This document shows, in pieces, positions 62,530 to 64,000 of a DNA stretch of 64,000 nt. The notes under the pieces were generated by a model that ran no database searches, was not told where the DNA came from, and was given only the letters and a program-made list of their open reading frames with translations. Location: NCBI RefSeq assembly GCF_022045235.1, contig NW_027266297.1, forward strand, positions 5,580,001 to 5,644,000, written 5' to 3'. The stretch is from Haliotis cracherodii (taxonomy: Eukaryota). Numbering within the stretch: position 1 is the stretch's first letter; every line of letters begins with the position of its first letter. The translations under genes and the position numbers were made by a program.

Positions 62530-63365
62530 ATATCTCTCCAAGTCAGGAACATATGGCTATCCAGCCAGTAACATACGTCTCCAAGTCAGGAACACATGGC
62601 TAATAAGCCAGGAACATATGGCTAACGTCTCCAAATCAGGAACATATGGCTTCAAGACAGGAACATATGTCTCCAAGTCAGGAACATGTGGCGAATAAGC
62701 TGGGAATATATGGCTTAAGGACAGGAAGATGTTCTCAAAGCCAGAAACATACGTCTGCCAGAAACATACGTCTCAAAGTCAGGAACATATGACTTCAAGC
62801 CAAAAACATATGGTTTCAAGTTAGGAACATACGTCTCTAAATCAGGAACATATGTCTTCAAGCCAAGACCATACGTCTCCAAATCAGGAACATATTGCTT
62901 CAAGACAGGAACATGTGGCTTCAAGACCGGAACATATGGCTTCAAGCCAGTAACATGCGTCTCCAAGTCAGGAACACATGGCTAATAAGTCAGGAACATA
63001 TGGTTAACGTCTCCAAATCAGGAACAGGCTTCAAGACAGGAATATGTTCTCCAAGACAGGAACATCTGGCTAACAAGCCAGGAACATGTGGCTTCAAGCA
63101 AGAACATACGTCTCCAAATCAGGAACAAATGGCTAACAAGCCAGGATTATGTGACTTCAAGACAGGAACATGTAGCTTCAAGTCAGGAGCATGTGGCTTC
63201 AAGCCAAGAGCATATGTCTTCAAGACAGTGACATGTTCTCCGAGTCAGGATCATGTGACTAACAAGCCTGGAACATGTGGCTTCAAGACAGGAACATATG
63301 GGTTCAAGACAGGAACATATCATTTTAAACAGGAACATATGGCTTCAAGACAAGGAACATGTGGG
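62530..63365. repeat. Degenerate 21-22-bp minisatellite
   Basis: caggaacatatggcttcaagc variants. Confidence 0.88.
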
Positions 63366-64000
63366 TGTAAACATCTTGGACAGCTGCTTTGTCAAAATTA
63401 ACAACAGTTCGTCAAATGTCCCAACGGTTGCTGTTAAAAGCCGACATTTTCGCCACGGCTGTCCGACAGCTGTGTAACATGAAGCTTGTGCAATGACGTG
63501 TGACTTTCAGTGACGAGTGTGACCCCGTGAACAAGGACAACTGCCTCACGTCGCCTCGGTATGCTCAGAATGAGGAGGTCTGCGGATCAAGAGCCACTCA
63601 TCTAGAAGCGCTGCAAAGAGTTTGCAGTTCCTAGAGTAGGGAGTTAAAGGTAGTTGGCGCACACAACATTCAACTTCATCCCACAGATGTCCAGTGGGGT
63701 CATCAGTCATCAGGAGAAATAGCTGACCAGGGCAGGACCCGGATGTTCACGGTCCTTAAATATTCTATATATATTAACAAGCGGGTGTCCTCTTGTTCGA
63801 ACTGGCGTCAGCCCTACACATTGATTACTGGTTCACCTCACTGATAGGAGAGACGGTTAACTTTACTTTAATGTTACTGATTAAATTCACTGGAAGAAGA
63901 GATGGTTAATTTAGTGACAGGAGAGCGGATTAAATTCACTGGCAGGAGATTGGGTTAACCTCACTGTCATGATAGATGATTAAATTCAATCACAGGAGAG

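Noticed and set aside
62715-63477. 168-aa repetitive ORF
   Set aside because: Degenerate 21-22-bp tandem repeat with no domain or splice support.

Overview
Eukaryotic (animal) genomic DNA with introns, SINEs and minisatellites. The repeat families and gene content suggest a gastropod mollusc, possibly abalone (inference). Five protein-coding genes were reconstructed by hand from GT-AG junctions with matching phases. (1) A minus-strand gene of at least 18 coding exons (22934 to 249, continuing off the left edge; 803 codons in the window) encoding a secreted or surface protein with tandem ependymin/LolA-like repeats plus a PAN/Apple domain. (2,3) Two tandem-duplicated type II membrane FkbM (Methyltransf_21) SAM-methyltransferase genes with intronless CDSs, on the minus strand. 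(4) A third, divergent FkbM gene lying head-to-head with them on the plus strand. (5) A 7-exon PHF24/GINIP orthologue (PHD plus EF-hands) on the minus strand. Interspersed repeats include a decayed Academ-type element, a decayed Tc1, several MITEs, an L2 3' end, a pogo fragment and four SINE-like families. There are about 15 tandem arrays and two assembly gaps. Most notable: five minisatellites in gene 1 are built from copies of that gene's own splice junctions, one being an in-frame 33-bp acceptor array of about 52 copies; the Golgi-type FkbM cluster is a candidate for mollusc glycan O-methylation; a SINE-like family without a tRNA head has a pseudoknotted, possibly catalytic 5' end; and this PHF24 has three canonical EF-hand loops plus a myristoylation motif.
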